Part shown: in pieces, positions 40,781 through 54,063 of the stretch
Layout of the letters: the number at the start of each line of letters is the position of its first letter
Position numbering within the stretch: the first letter of the stretch is position 1
Assembly (NCBI GenBank): GCA_964016885.1
Contig: OZ024756.1
Coordinates: forward strand, 39,742,001 to 39,806,000
Length of the DNA: 64,000 nt
DNA from: Eledone cirrhosa
Taxonomy: Eukaryota
Direction of reading: 5' to 3'
Program-made: the position numbers and the translations under genes
Notes under the pieces: generated by a model
Seen by the model: the letters and a program-made list of their open reading frames with translations, nothing else
Told to the model about the DNA's origin: nothing
Databases searched by the model: none

Positions 40781-40945
40781 AATTCCATCCCGCCCGTCCC
40801 CTCAATCTATTTTATTTCTCATTCTTTCTTCTGATGAAGGACTAGCGTCTGAAACGTTAAGACCCTCTTCCTGCTATATCAAGCATTAACCTTCCATATA
40901 CTGTACCGATTTTGTTGTTATTTCTGTTTACCTTTTACATACATA
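40781..40945 (+). mobile_element. Penelope-like terminal repeat with minimal hammerhead (40827-40862)
   Basis: TCTT CTGATGA A GGAC TAGC GTCT GAAA CGTT AAGA, with palindromic ACGT stem III. Confidence 0.75.
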
Positions 40946-41472
40946 TATATATATAGTCGATCAACTTTATATATATATATATAAAGTTGATCGACTATAT
41001 ATATATATAAAGTTGATCGACTATATATATATATATATATATAGTCGATCAACTTTATATATATATATATAAAGTTGATCGACTATATATATATATAAAG
41101 TTGATCGACTATATATATATATATATATATATATAGTCGATCAACTTTATATATATATATATAAAGTTGATCGACTATATATATATATAAAGTTGATCGA
41201 CTATATATATATATAAAGTTGATCGACTATATATATATATAAAGTTGATCGACTATATATATATATAAAGTTGATCGACTATATATATATATAAAGTTGA
41301 TCGACTATATATATATATAGTCGATCAACTTTATATATATATATAGTCGATCAACTTTATATATATATATATAGTCGATCTACTATATATATATATATAT
41401 ATATATAAAGTCGATCGACTATATATATATATATATATATAGTCGATCAACTTTATATATATATATATATAT
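40945..41472. repeat. (TA)n array with a 13-bp unit in both orientations
   Basis: About 18 copies of GTCGATCAACTTT or its reverse complement, separated by TA runs. Confidence 0.95.
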
Positions 41473-41762
41473 CACCATAATCCTGTTGTTGAAGGAACAG
41501 TGAAGATCTGACCTGTCTTGTATGTGGCATCCCTGAGAAAATACATGTAAGGATCCAAAGACAGGATCTTCAGTTGCATGCAGTTCAATCATCATGTCTT
41601 TATATATTTATCTAAAAACCTTCCATCATAATTTTATCTAAGAACCTTTGTTAAGTTATGTTCCTAGCACCAATGTAATAATGTGAAAGTTAGTTATATA
41701 TCTAAATCCCTCTAAATGTTCGATTATTTTCAAAATGATTTGAAAATCATTGACAGTGTCTT

Positions 41763-41872
41763 TCAAATCCCGCCGAGGTTAACTTTGCCTTTCATCCTTA
41801 CGGGGTCGATAAAATAAAGTACCAGTAATACACTGGATAATTGCTGGCCTTGTGCCAAAAGTAGAAACAATT
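41763..41872 (+). mobile_element. SINE family 1 (short form), 5'-truncated
   Basis: Nearly identical to 2592-2700. Confidence 0.85.
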
Positions 41873-42577
41873 AAAAATATAGTAACCAAATGTTTAAAGA
41901 CAGACAGACAAAAGTGTGTGGCAGGTCATATGTATGTTTCTTAAGTTTAAAACAAAATATTCTAATGAAAAAAAAAAAAATTTGATTTCAAGTTCCCTCG
42001 TAATACTGCTACTCCCCCTTCCCACAGGACCTATTTTCTACATTGAGCACTCTTTTACCCCAAACACCCCCCCCCCCCCTCCATAAACAGGTGGACAATC
42101 ACACAGAATTTGTCAGTGTAAAGTGTTTATAAATTGATTATGATAACTTTTGTGTATCTATCGTGGGGGAGGGGGGGGGGGTATCTCCCTGTTAGTATTT
42201 CTCTAAAAGCTTTTTAATACAAGAACACAGACATACACACAGGTGTCGAATGTATTACATTACCAATGATTGTGTGTGTGGTATTTTCACAGGTGTGGAA
42301 GTATGTGCAAAAAATTGTGTCATCATCATCATCATCATCACCGTTTTTCGTCCATTCTTCCACGCTAGCATGGGTTAGATGGGTTGTCCTATTGTGGGCA
42401 GTGTCTGGTCGGCTGACCTTGTCTTGCTCATACGGGAACTGATTCTGGCTTGGTTTCTACAGCTGGATGCCCTTCCTAACACCAACCTCATTTACAGTGT
42501 GGGCTGGGTGCTTTTTTGCCGTGGCGCCTACACGACCACTTTACAGTGGGAGGGAGTGGGGGAATATTGTCTATATA

Positions 42578-42722
42578 ATAATGGTTTCTAGTATAGGCAC
42601 AAGGCCAGTAATTTGGGGGGAGGGGAAAGTCGATTAAATCAACCCCAGTACGTTACTGGTACTTTATTTTATCGACCCCTCGTAAGGATGAAAGGCAAAG
42701 TTAACCTCGGCAGGATTTGAAA
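42578..42722 (-). mobile_element. SINE family 1 (long form)
   Basis: Reverse-complement core and tail. Confidence 0.82.
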
Positions 42723-42789
42723 TTAACCTCATCCCACCCTTGCAAGCAGGGAAAAGTGGTCATAAAATGATGATGTTGATGATGATGAT

Positions 42790-43385
42790 ACAACCAAATA
42801 CCAATGACCTTGGAATCAATCCCTAAGACAGCTGTCATTACTCCATTTGGATTGAAAAATGCTGCTCTAGCTTTCCAAAGACCCATGGATAGTGTTCTTC
42901 ATGATATTCCTTTTACATTTGTGTATATTGCTGATGTTTTAGTCGTATCTCATTCCGGCAGTGAACAATTTTATCGTCTCAAAGAACTTTTCAGTCTTTT
43001 AACAACAAATGCTATGATAAACAACAAAAAGAAATGTGTTTTTGGAGTAAAACAGCTGGAATTCTTAGATGATCTCATCACAGATCAAAGCATTCAACCT
43101 CTTCCTTCAGGTATTACTTCGTTTCATGAATATCCCACACCAGATTCTCACACTGCTCTACAATGTTTCTCAGGAATGGTCAATTATTATCATAGATTTC
43201 TGCCTGGCATTGCAGAAATACTTCCTTCACTACACCAACAAGCTCATGGTAAAGGACAGGTCATCAGATTGTGAAAACCAGAACTATTAAGTGCCAATTG
43301 GTATGATGACCTACCCGTAATTCTGCCTGATCTTCGGTCATTCTGGAGATTTGGACATGATTGTTCCACAGCTGAACTCTCCAAG
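42790..43385 (+). pseudogene. Gypsy LTR retrotransposon pol remnant (RT fused to integrase tail)
   Basis: IPKTAVITPFGLKNAA..FQR.MD...VYIADVLV (YxDD lost)...KCVFG...GMVNYYHRFLP, then W.DDLPVIL..LR.....STAEL. Confidence 0.88.
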
Positions 43386-43643
43386 GTAAGGGGCTTTCCA
43401 AACTGAGAGTTTCCCTAAGCTGATGCCACAGTGAGGGTCTCCCCGAGGTGAGGGTCTCTGCCGCAGGTGAGAGTCTTTCCCCAGGTGACCCCCCACCTTC
43501 CCTAGGTAAGGGTCTCCCCGATGTGAGGGCCTCTGCCCCAGGTGAGGGTCTCCTCCCAGGTGAGCCCCCCCCCCCCCATCCCAGGTAAGGGTCTCCCTGG
43601 GGTGAGGGTCTCCCCGAGGTAAGGGCCTCTGCCCCAGGTGAGG

Positions 43644-43650
<7 letters not shown>
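43384..43650. repeat. Imperfect ~19-20 bp GC-rich tandem repeat (GGTGAGGGTCTCCCC)
   Basis: About 12 degenerate units. Confidence 0.8.
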
Positions 43651-43683
<33 letters not shown>

Positions 43684-44169
43684 ATGTATACATATATGTA
43701 TGTATTTATGTATATGTGTATATATATTATATATATATATGTATTTCTGTATATGCATGTATATATGTATATATATGTATATATATGTGTGTGAATGTGT
43801 GTGTGTATGTATGTGAATGAATGTGTGCGTATGTGTGTGTTTTATATACCTATTCAGCACATTGTACATTCCTAAATCTTTAAAAAACTTTTTTTAAATC
43901 AAAGTGTTGGATACTTTATGTTGAAATATTTTTTAGAGGAAGTGGCGGGGGGGGGGGGGGGGGGGTGCATGTGTGTTTCTTTATTGTAAACGTGTGTGCG
44001 CGTACACACACTCTCATTGATACATAGACGGATACACATATATATATACACACACACATACACAAATAGACAGACACATGCAACCATACACATAAACACA
44101 GATGCACACGTGCACACACACATTGACACATAGTCAGATACACACAAATATATATACACACACACACAT

Positions 44170-45012
44170 ACACACATACATCTACAGACATATACATACA
44201 TCTACACACAGATACATCTACAGACATACACACAGATACACATACATCTACAGGTATACACACATACACATACATCTACAGATATACACACATACATCTA
44301 CAGACATATACATACATCTACACACAGATACACACACATACATCTACAGACATACACACACATACACATACATCTACAGACATACACACACATACATCTA
44401 CAGACATACATACACATACATCTACAGACATACACACACATACACATACATCTACAGACATACACACACATACACATACATCTACAGACATACACATACA
44501 TCTACACACATACACACACATACACATACATCTACTGACATACACACACATACACATACATCCTCAGACATACACACACATACATCTACAGACATACACA
44601 CAGATACACATACATCTACAGACATACACACACATACATCTACAGACATACACACACATACACATACATCTACTGACATACACACACATACACATACATC
44701 CTCAGACATACACACACATACATCTACAGACATACACACACATACATCTACAGACATACACATACATCTACAGACATACACACACATACATCTACAGACA
44801 TACACACACATACATCTACAGACATACACACACATACACATACATCTACAGACATACACACACATACATCTACAGACATACACACACATACATCTACAGA
44901 CATACACACACATACATCTACAGACATACACACACACACACATCTACTGACATACACACACATACATCTACAGACATACACACACATACATCTACAGACA
45001 TACACACACACA
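44170..45012. repeat. (CATACATCTACAGACATACACACA)n minisatellite
   Basis: 24-30 bp CA-rich units. Confidence 0.93.
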
Positions 45013-45153
45013 CCTACTACTTCTTCCCCTCCACAACAGGTGGGAACTTTCTTTTTCCTTTATACTTAACATCACTTCTTGCTTAAACATTAATCAATAT
45101 CGATAGAAACTGATTGTGTGTGTGTGTGTATGTATTGCTAACTATACAGTTTC

Positions 45154-45213
<60 letters not shown>

Positions 45214-45557
45214 ATATAATATATATACATGTGTGTGTATATTTGTAGGTACACAGTTTCATATGTGTGTGTGTATGTATTGCTAGCTATACAGTTTTAT
45301 ATATATATATCATCATCACCGTGCTTTTTTTAAATGTGCTACCCACACGACCACTTTACAGTGTGGAGTGGGCGCTTTTTTGTTGTGACCCCTACACTAT
45401 ATATATATATATAATCAAATCTTAATATGGTTCATTGATTACTCAATGAATATAGTTTTACAATAGATTCAAAGCACTCAACAAAGAAGTTTTCTGGAGT
45501 TAGTAATATTATTCAAAATATTAATAAATGAAGACATTCACATAATCAAAATATATG

Positions 45558-45619
45558 TTTTATTATATATATTTCGGAGGTACTGTGCTGTTTTTTCAGT
45601 ACGTCCTCATCAGATAAAA
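45558..45619 (-). ncRNA. Type I hammerhead ribozyme motif (left arm of foldback element 45416-45810)
   Basis: Reverse complement of 45700-45761, with a CTGATGA core. Confidence 0.8.
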
Positions 45620-45699
45620 TACATGAATTGATGTATGACATACCTCAACTGTCTTGATGGTTTAATTTCAGTCTTGGCAGTCGTACATCAATTTATGTA

Positions 45700-45761
45700 T
45701 TTTATCTGACGAGGACGTACTGAAAAAACAGCACAGTACCTCCGAAATATATATAATAAAA
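45700..45761 (+). ncRNA. Type I hammerhead ribozyme motif
   Basis: TTTTAT CTGACGA GGA-C-GTACTG AAAAAACAGCA CAGTAC-C-TCC GAAA TATATAT A ATAAAA. Predicted cleavage after 45755. Confidence 0.82.
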
Positions 45762-45803
45762 CATATTTTGATTATGTGAACGTCTTCATTTATTAATATT
45801 TTG

Positions 45804-45887
<84 letters not shown>

Positions 45888-46181
45888 TCATCATTGTTTA
45901 ACGTGTCTTCCACACTAGCAGGAATTGTCCCATTTGAGGCAAGATTGGTAACTGTGTCTCGCTCGTATTGGACTATCTGGCAGGTTTTCTATGGCTGGAT
46001 GTCCTTCCTAACACCAACCACATTACAGTGTGGATATATATATAGTGTAGATATATATATACTGTAGATATAGATACTATGGAGATATAAAAGATACAGA
46101 AGCGAAAACCAATCCAAACCAGACAGTGAGTGTGTTTTATTATTATTTCTGGCAATATTATAACAATTTCATCCTCCCCAA

Positions 46182-46237
<56 letters not shown>

Positions 46238-46281
46238 CAATGATATTAAATAAAAGGAAACTATATTTATAAAACCATATT

Positions 46282-46344
46282 TATTTTATTATACATATTT
46301 CAAGGGTACCAAGACACTTTGGTACACTTTCTTCAGATAAAATA
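46282..46344 (-). ncRNA. Type I hammerhead ribozyme motif (left arm of 46236-46578)
   Basis: Minus strand reads TATTTTAT CTGAAGA AAG T GTACCAA...TTGGTAC C CTT GAAA TATGTAT A ATAAAATA. Confidence 0.72.
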
Positions 46345-46379
46345 CAAAGTTTGTTTCTCTATTTATAAAACAAACTTTG

Positions 46380-46442
46380 TATTTTATCTGATGAAAGCGT
46401 ACCAATGTGTCTTGGTACCCTTGAAATATATATAATAAAATA
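46380..46442 (+). ncRNA. Type I hammerhead ribozyme motif
   Basis: TATTTTAT CTGATGA AAG-C-GTACCAA TGTGTC TTGGTAC-C-CTT GAAA TATATAT A ATAAAATA. Confidence 0.78.
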
Positions 46443-46889
46443 AATATGGTTTTATAAATATAGTTTCCATTTATTTAATATCATTGAATATTTACTCCAA
46501 TTTCTGTTGAGTGCTATAAATCAGTTATAAACACTTATATTTGTCGGACTTCCAACAAATTAAATACCCCTTCTACTTATATATATATATATATATATAC
46601 ACAGACACACATATAAATATCCAACGATATAAATGTACAATAGAGCATATCAAACTTTAGCAAGAGACTGTATATAAGATCTCTATAGAATGTAAGAAGT
46701 TTGTTGAATTTCTTTTTAGTTTATTTTGGGAGACAAGACACATGTTTGAGATTATCTCAAACATGACATCTATAACTTTGACTGTTATATATATGATATT
46801 GTGTATATATATATACTATATACATCACATTCAAAGTTATAGATGTCATATATATATATGTGTGTATGTGTATTGTTAGCTATACAGTT

Positions 46890-46941
<52 letters not shown>

Positions 46942-47035
46942 GAGGTTATATTTAATTTAAAAAATTTTATAACTGATATAAAGCACTTAACAAATTAGTG
47001 GAGTAAATATACAATATATTATAAAACCATATTTA

Positions 47036-47097
47036 TTTTATTATACATATTTCAAGGGCAACCAAAGCAAATTATGGTGCGCTTTCATCAGATAAAA
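47036..47097 (-). ncRNA. Type I hammerhead ribozyme motif (left arm of 46939-47300)
   Basis: Reverse complement of 47195-47256. Confidence 0.72.
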
Positions 47098-47192
47098 AGA
47101 CAACCTTAACGGTTGGAACTTCCTGGAAGCTCCAACCGTTAAGGTTGTCTTTTTTTCCGGGTATGTCAATATTTATTTCTAAAACAAATCTG

Positions 47193-47258
47193 TATTTTAT
47201 CTGATGAAAGCGCACCATAATTTGCCTTGGTTGCCCTTGAAATATGTATAATAAAATA
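47193..47258 (+). ncRNA. Type I hammerhead ribozyme motif
   Basis: TATTTTAT CTGATGA AAG-C-GCACCA...TGGTTGC-C-CTT GAAA TATGTAT A ATAAAATA. Confidence 0.75.
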
Positions 47259-47414
47259 ATTATGGTTTTATAAATATAGTTTCCATTTATTAATATATTG
47301 TATATATATATATATGTATGTATATATATATATATGTATGTATATATATATATATGTATGTATATATATATATATGTATGTATATATATATATGTATATA
47401 TATATTTATATGTG

Positions 47415-47470
<56 letters not shown>

Positions 47471-47721
47471 GGTGTGTAATATATATGCATGTATGGGAGT
47501 GTGTGTATGCGTGAGGATGAAACATAACTGTTATTTAACACTGATTTCCCTCCCTCCCTGTTTCACTTTCGCACTAACACATACAAACACACACACTTAT
47601 GCACACACACATATAGAGACTCACACACACTTACACACACACAGAGACTCACACACTGATACACTTACACACAGTCACATATATACTGACACACTAACGC
47701 ATACACACAGTCACACACATG

Positions 47722-47753
<32 letters not shown>

Positions 47754-47964
47754 TATATACACACAGACTCATACACTGACATACACTTACACGTAGTCAC
47801 ATATATACTCACACACTAACACATACACACAGTCACACATACATATAGACACACACACATGTTCGTTCCTCCAGTGAGAATCTGTTAAAGACTTAGGAAG
47901 TCTGCCATATAATTCCATATGGCAGTATTGAATAATATTTTCAATACAAAGAAAAAAAGCTAAG

Positions 47965-48705
47965 AATGGTAATGGTGTGGTGGTATGGTGTGGTGGTGTA
48001 GTGGTGGTAGTGGTGTAGTGGTGTGGTGGTGGTAGTGGTGTGGTGGTGTAGTGGTGTGGTGGTAGTGGTGTGGTGGCATGGTGGTTGTGGTGGTATGGTG
48101 GTGGTGGTAGTGGTGTGGTAGTGGTGTGGTGGTGGTAGTGGTGTAGTGGTGTGGTGGTGGTAGTGGTGTGGTGGTGTAGTGGTGTGGTGGTAGTGGTGTG
48201 GTGGCATGGTGGTTGTGGTGTGGTGTGGTGGTATGGTGGTAGTGGTATGGTGTACTGGTAGTGGTATGGTGGTAGTGGTGTGGTGTGGTGGTATGGTGGT
48301 TGTGGTGGTATGGTGGTGGTGGTAGTGGTGTGGTAGTGGTGTGGTGGTGGTAGTGGTGGTAGTGGTGTAGTGGTGTGGTGGTGGTAGTGGTGGTAGTGGT
48401 GTAGTGGTGTGGTGGTAGTGGTGTGGTGGCATGGTGGTTGTGGTGTGGTGGTATGGTGGTAGTGGTATGGTGTGGTGGTATGGTGTAGTGGTAGTGGTAT
48501 GGTGGTAGTGGTGTGGTGTGGTGGTATGGTGGTTGTGGTGGTGTGGTGTGGTGGTATGGTGGTGGTGGTGTGGTGTGGTAGTAGTGGTATGGTGTGGTGT
48601 GGTGGTATGGTGGTAGTGGTGTGGTGGTGGTGGTAGTGGTGTGGTGTGGTGGTAGTGGTGTGGTGGTAGGGTGGTGGTGGTGGTGGTGGTATGGTGGTGG
48701 TAATG
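47965..48705. repeat. (GGT/GTGGT)n low-complexity tract
   Basis: Direct observation. Confidence 0.93.
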
Positions 48706-48829
48706 ATTGCGGTGATGGAGTGGTGTTTTTGCTTCTCCTTTTCCATGCTAGCATGGGCTGGAAGGAACTTTTTGAAGCAAAATTTTGTGACAAGATGCCC
48801 TTCATTAGACAGCGGGTATGTGAGTGTAG

Positions 48830-49130
48830 TTAGACACCTGTTCTAACACCCATGGGGCACAGGCGCCTCATTAAACAACAGGTGTGGTAGTGTAGGTTAG
48901 ACACCTGTTCTAACATCCATGGGGCACAGTTGCTTCATTAGGCACCAGGCTTGAGAGTATAGATAGAACACCTGTTCTAACAAGCACGGGGCACAGTTGC
49001 CTTGTTAGACACCAGGTGTGGGAATGTATGACACCTGTTCTAACAAGCATGGGACACAGTTGCCTCGTTAGACACCAGGTGTGGGAATGTATGACACCTG
49101 TTCTAACAAGCATGGGACACAGTTGCCTTA
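48830..49130. repeat. Imperfect ~63-70 bp tandem repeat (ACACCTGTTCTAACA..ATGGG.CACAGTTGCC)
   Basis: About 5 units. Confidence 0.82.
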
Positions 49131-49451
49131 TATACACAGAAAAAAAACAACATATTGGAAACTAATAAAAGTTGAATCTGTCTCCTATCTGAGGAGCTAA
49201 TCAATAGATCAATAAATCAAATGCAGAAACAACTTTAATCTGATTATTGTGACTAATATAACTGAAAATTCAAAAGATGTTGCAACAAGAAACTTCATAT
49301 AAACTATCTGTGACAAGAAATACTAACTTAGGTCACACCTTGCTATAATATTGACTATAGCTAGATATTTAGTGAAGGGGAAATAACATAACAAACTGTT
49401 GAAAGTAGGTGACATACCAGTTACCAGTTAGTACCAATATAGCATTGAATC

Positions 49452-52400
49452 TGACACTATATAGAACATGGGACCACTATATAGAACATGGTGATAATAT
49501 ATAGAACATGGTGATGTTATATAGAACATGGGACCACTATATGGAAGATGGAACCACTATATAGAACACGGGGCCACTATATAGAACATGGTGACACTAT
49601 ATAGAGCATGGGGCCACTATATAGAGCATGGGGCCACTATATAGAATATGGTGACACTATATAGAACATGGGGCCACTATATAGAACATGGGACCACTAT
49701 ATAGAACATGGGGCCACTTTATAGAATATGGTGACACTATATAGAACATGGGGTCACTTTATAGAATGTTGTGACACTATATAGAACATGGGACCACTAT
49801 ATAGAACATGAGGCCACTTTATAGAATATGGTGACACTATATAGAACATGGGACCACTATATGGAACACGGGGCCACTATATAGAATATGGTGACACTAT
49901 GTAGAACATGGTGATATTCCTTAGACCATAGAGACACTATAGAGAACATGGTGACACTATATAGAACACGGGGCCACTATATAGAACATGGTGACACTAT
50001 ATAGAACATGTTGACACTATATAGAACATGGTGACACTATAGAGAACATGGTGGCACTATATAGAGCATGGGGCCACTATATAGAACATGGTGACACTAT
50101 AGAGAACATGTTGACACTATAGAGAACATGGTGACACTATAGAGAACATGGTGACACTATATAGAACATGGTGACACTATAGAGAACATGGTGACACTAT
50201 AGAGAACATGGTGACACTATAGAGAACATGTTGACACTATAGAGAACATGGTGACACTATAGAGAACATGGTGACACTATAGAGAACATGGTGGCACTAT
50301 AGAGAACATGGTGACACTATAGAGAACATGTTGACACTATAGAGAACATGGTGACACTATAGAGAACATGGTGACACTATAGAGAACATGTTGACACTAT
50401 AGAGAACATGGTGACACTATAGAGAACATGGTGACACTATAGAGAACATGGTGACACTATAGAGAACATGTTGACACTATAGAGAACATGTTGACACTAT
50501 AGAGAACATGGTGACACTATAGAGAACATGTTGACACTATAGAGAACATGTTGACACTATATAGAACATGGTGACACTATATAGAACATGGTGACACTAT
50601 AGAGAACATGGTGACACTATAGAGAACATGGTGACACTATAGAGAACATGGTGACACTATAGAGAACATGGTGACACTATAGAGAACATGGTGACACTAT
50701 ATAGAACATGTTGACACTATAGAGAACATGGTGACACTATAGAGAACATGTTGACACTATATAGAACATGGTGACACTATAGAGAACATGGTGACACTAT
50801 AGAGAACATGGTGACACTATAGAGAACATGGTGACACTATAGAGAACATGGTGACACTATAGAGAACATGGTGACACTATATAGAACATGTTGACACTAT
50901 AGAGAACATGGTGACACTATAGAGAACATGTTGACACTATATAGAACATGGTGACACTATAGAGAACATGGTGACACTATAGAGAACATGGTGACACTAT
51001 AGAGAACATGGTGACACTATAGAGAACATGGTGACACTATAGAGAACATGGTGACACTATATAGAACATGTTGACACTATAGAGAACATGGTGACACTAT
51101 AGAGAACATGGTGACACTATAGAGAACATGGTGACACTATAGAGAACATGGTGACACTATATAGAACATGTTGACACTATAGAGAACATGGTGACACTAT
51201 AGAGAACATGGTGACACTATAGAGAACATGGTGACACTATATAGAACATGGTGACACTATAGAGAACATGGTGACACTATAGAGAACATGGTGACACTAT
51301 AGAGAACATGGTGGCACTATATAGAGCATGGGGCCACTATATAGAACATGGTGACACTATATAGAACATGGTGACACTATAGAGAACATGGTGGCACTAT
51401 ATAGAGCATGGGGCCACTATATAGAACATGGTGACACTATAGAGAACATGGTGACACTATAGAGAACATGGTGGCACTATATAGAGCATGGGGCCACTAT
51501 ATAGAACATGTTGACACTATAGAGAACATGGTGACACTATAGAGAACATGGTGACACTATAGAGAACATGGTGACACTATATAGAACATGGTGACACTAT
51601 AGAGAACATGGTGACACTATAGAGAACATGGTGACACTATAGAGAACATGTTGACACTATAGAGAACATGGTGACACTATAGAGAACATGGGGCCACTAT
51701 ATAGAACATGGTGACACTATAGAGAACATGTTGACACTATAGAGAACATGTTGACACTATATAGAACATGGTGACACTATAGAGAACATGGTGACACTAT
51801 AGAGAACATGTTGACACTATAGAGAACATGTTGACACTATAGAGAACATGGTGACACTATAGAGAACATGGTGACACTATAGAGAACATGGTGACACTAT
51901 ATAGAACACGGGGCCACTATAGAGAACATGTTGACACTATAGAGAACATGGTGACACTATAGAGAACATGGTGACACTATAGAGAACATGGTGACACTAT
52001 AGAGAACATGGGGCCACTATATAGAACATGGTGACACTATAGAGAACATGTTGACACTATAGAGAACATGGTGACACTATATAGAACATGGTGACACTAT
52101 AGAGAACATGGTGACACTATAGAGAACATGGTGACACTATAGAGAACATGTTGACACTATAGAGAACATGGTGACACTATATAGAGCATGGGGCCACTAT
52201 ATAGAACATGGTGACACTATAGAGAACATGGTGACACTATAGAGAACATGTTGACACTATAGAGAACATGGTGACACTATAGAGAACATGGTGACACTAT
52301 AGAGAACATGGTGACACTATATAGAACATGGTGACACTATAGAGAACATGGTGACACTATAGAGAACATGGTGACACTATAGAGAACATGTTGACACTAT

Positions 52401-53730
52401 AGAGAACATGGTGACACTATAGAGAACATGGTGACACTATAGAGAACATGGTGGCACTATATAGAGCATGGGGCCACTATATAGAACATGGTGACACTAT
52501 AGAGAACATGGTGACACTATAGAGAACATGGTGACACTATAGAGAACATGGTGACACTATAGAGAACATGGTGACACTATATAGAACATGGTGACACTAT
52601 ATAGAACATGGTGACACTATAGAGAACATGTTGACACTATATAGAACATGTTGACACTATATAGAACATGGTGACACTATAGAGAACATGGTGACACTAT
52701 ATAGAACACGGGGCCACTATAGAGAACATGGTGACACTATATAGAACATGGTGACACTATAGAGAACATGGTGACACTATAGAGAACATGGTGACACTAT
52801 AGAGAACATGGTGACACTATAGAGAACATGGTGACACTATATAGAACATGGTGACACTATAGAGAACATGGTGACACTATATAGAACATGGTGACACTAT
52901 AGAGAACATGTTGACACTATAGAGAACATGTTGACACTATAGAGAACATGGTGACACTATAGAGAACATGTTGACACTATAGAGAACATGGTGACACTAT
53001 AGAGAACATGGTGACACTATAGAGAACATGTTGACACTATAGAGAACATGGTGACACTATATAGAACATGGTGACACTATAGAGAACATGGTGACACTAT
53101 AGAGAACATGTTGACACTATAGAGAACATGTTGACACTATAGAGAACATGGTGACACTATAGAGAACATGTTGACACTATAGAGAACATGGTGACACTAT
53201 AGAGAACATGGTGACACTATATAGAACATGGTGACACTATAGAGAACATGGTGACACTATAGAGAACATGGTGACACTATAGAGAACATGTTGACACTAT
53301 AGAGAACATGGTGACACTATAGAGAACATGGTGACACTATATAGAACATGGTGACACTATAGAGAACATGGTGACACTATAGAGAACATGTTGACACTAT
53401 AGAGAACATGTTGACACTATAGAGAACATGGTGACACTATAGAGAACATGGTGACACTATAGAGAACATGTTGACACTATAGAGAACATGGTGACACTAT
53501 AGAGAACATGGTGACACTATAGAGAACATGTTGACACTATAGAGAACATGGTGACACTATAGAGAACATGGTGACACTATAGAGAACATGTTGACACTAT
53601 AGAGAACATGGTGACACTATAGAGAACATGTTGACACTATAGAGAACATGGTGACACTATAGAGAACATGGTGACACTATATAGAACATGGTGACACTAT
53701 ATAAAACATTGATATGTTATATAAAACATT
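49452..53730. repeat. 20-bp minisatellite (AGAGAACATGGTGACACTAT), >200 copies
   Basis: Exact 20-nt register over 4.2 kb. Confidence 0.99.
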
Positions 53731-54063
53731 TTGAGTCACATCAAAACATTGATATCAATCATGTGAAAAAATGGATGAATGTCTGTTAACCTGTGAAAGC
53801 TTATATTACCTGAAATATTGTGTTTTTTTTGTATCGTTGTTGTTTTTTTAATCCTAGGTCCGTCCTGATCAAGCCCACATCTATTATCAAAGATATTATA
53901 ATCATGACTATCCTAAACCACAGTGTACCCAGAACCACACCACACAATATGTCCTATTTTTTTAAAACAGTACAGTGTAATTTAGAGAGATCTGGGTGCT
54001 ATTTGTAGTTGGTTAGGGACCACATAGAAGACCTTGCACTGGCTTTTTACAATAAGGTTTTAA

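Noticed and set aside
49452-53730. Unit contains GGTGACACTATAGA, matching the SP6 promoter core
   Set aside because: Lacks the upstream ATTTA and grades into diverged genomic units at the edges. Coincidence rather than vector contamination.
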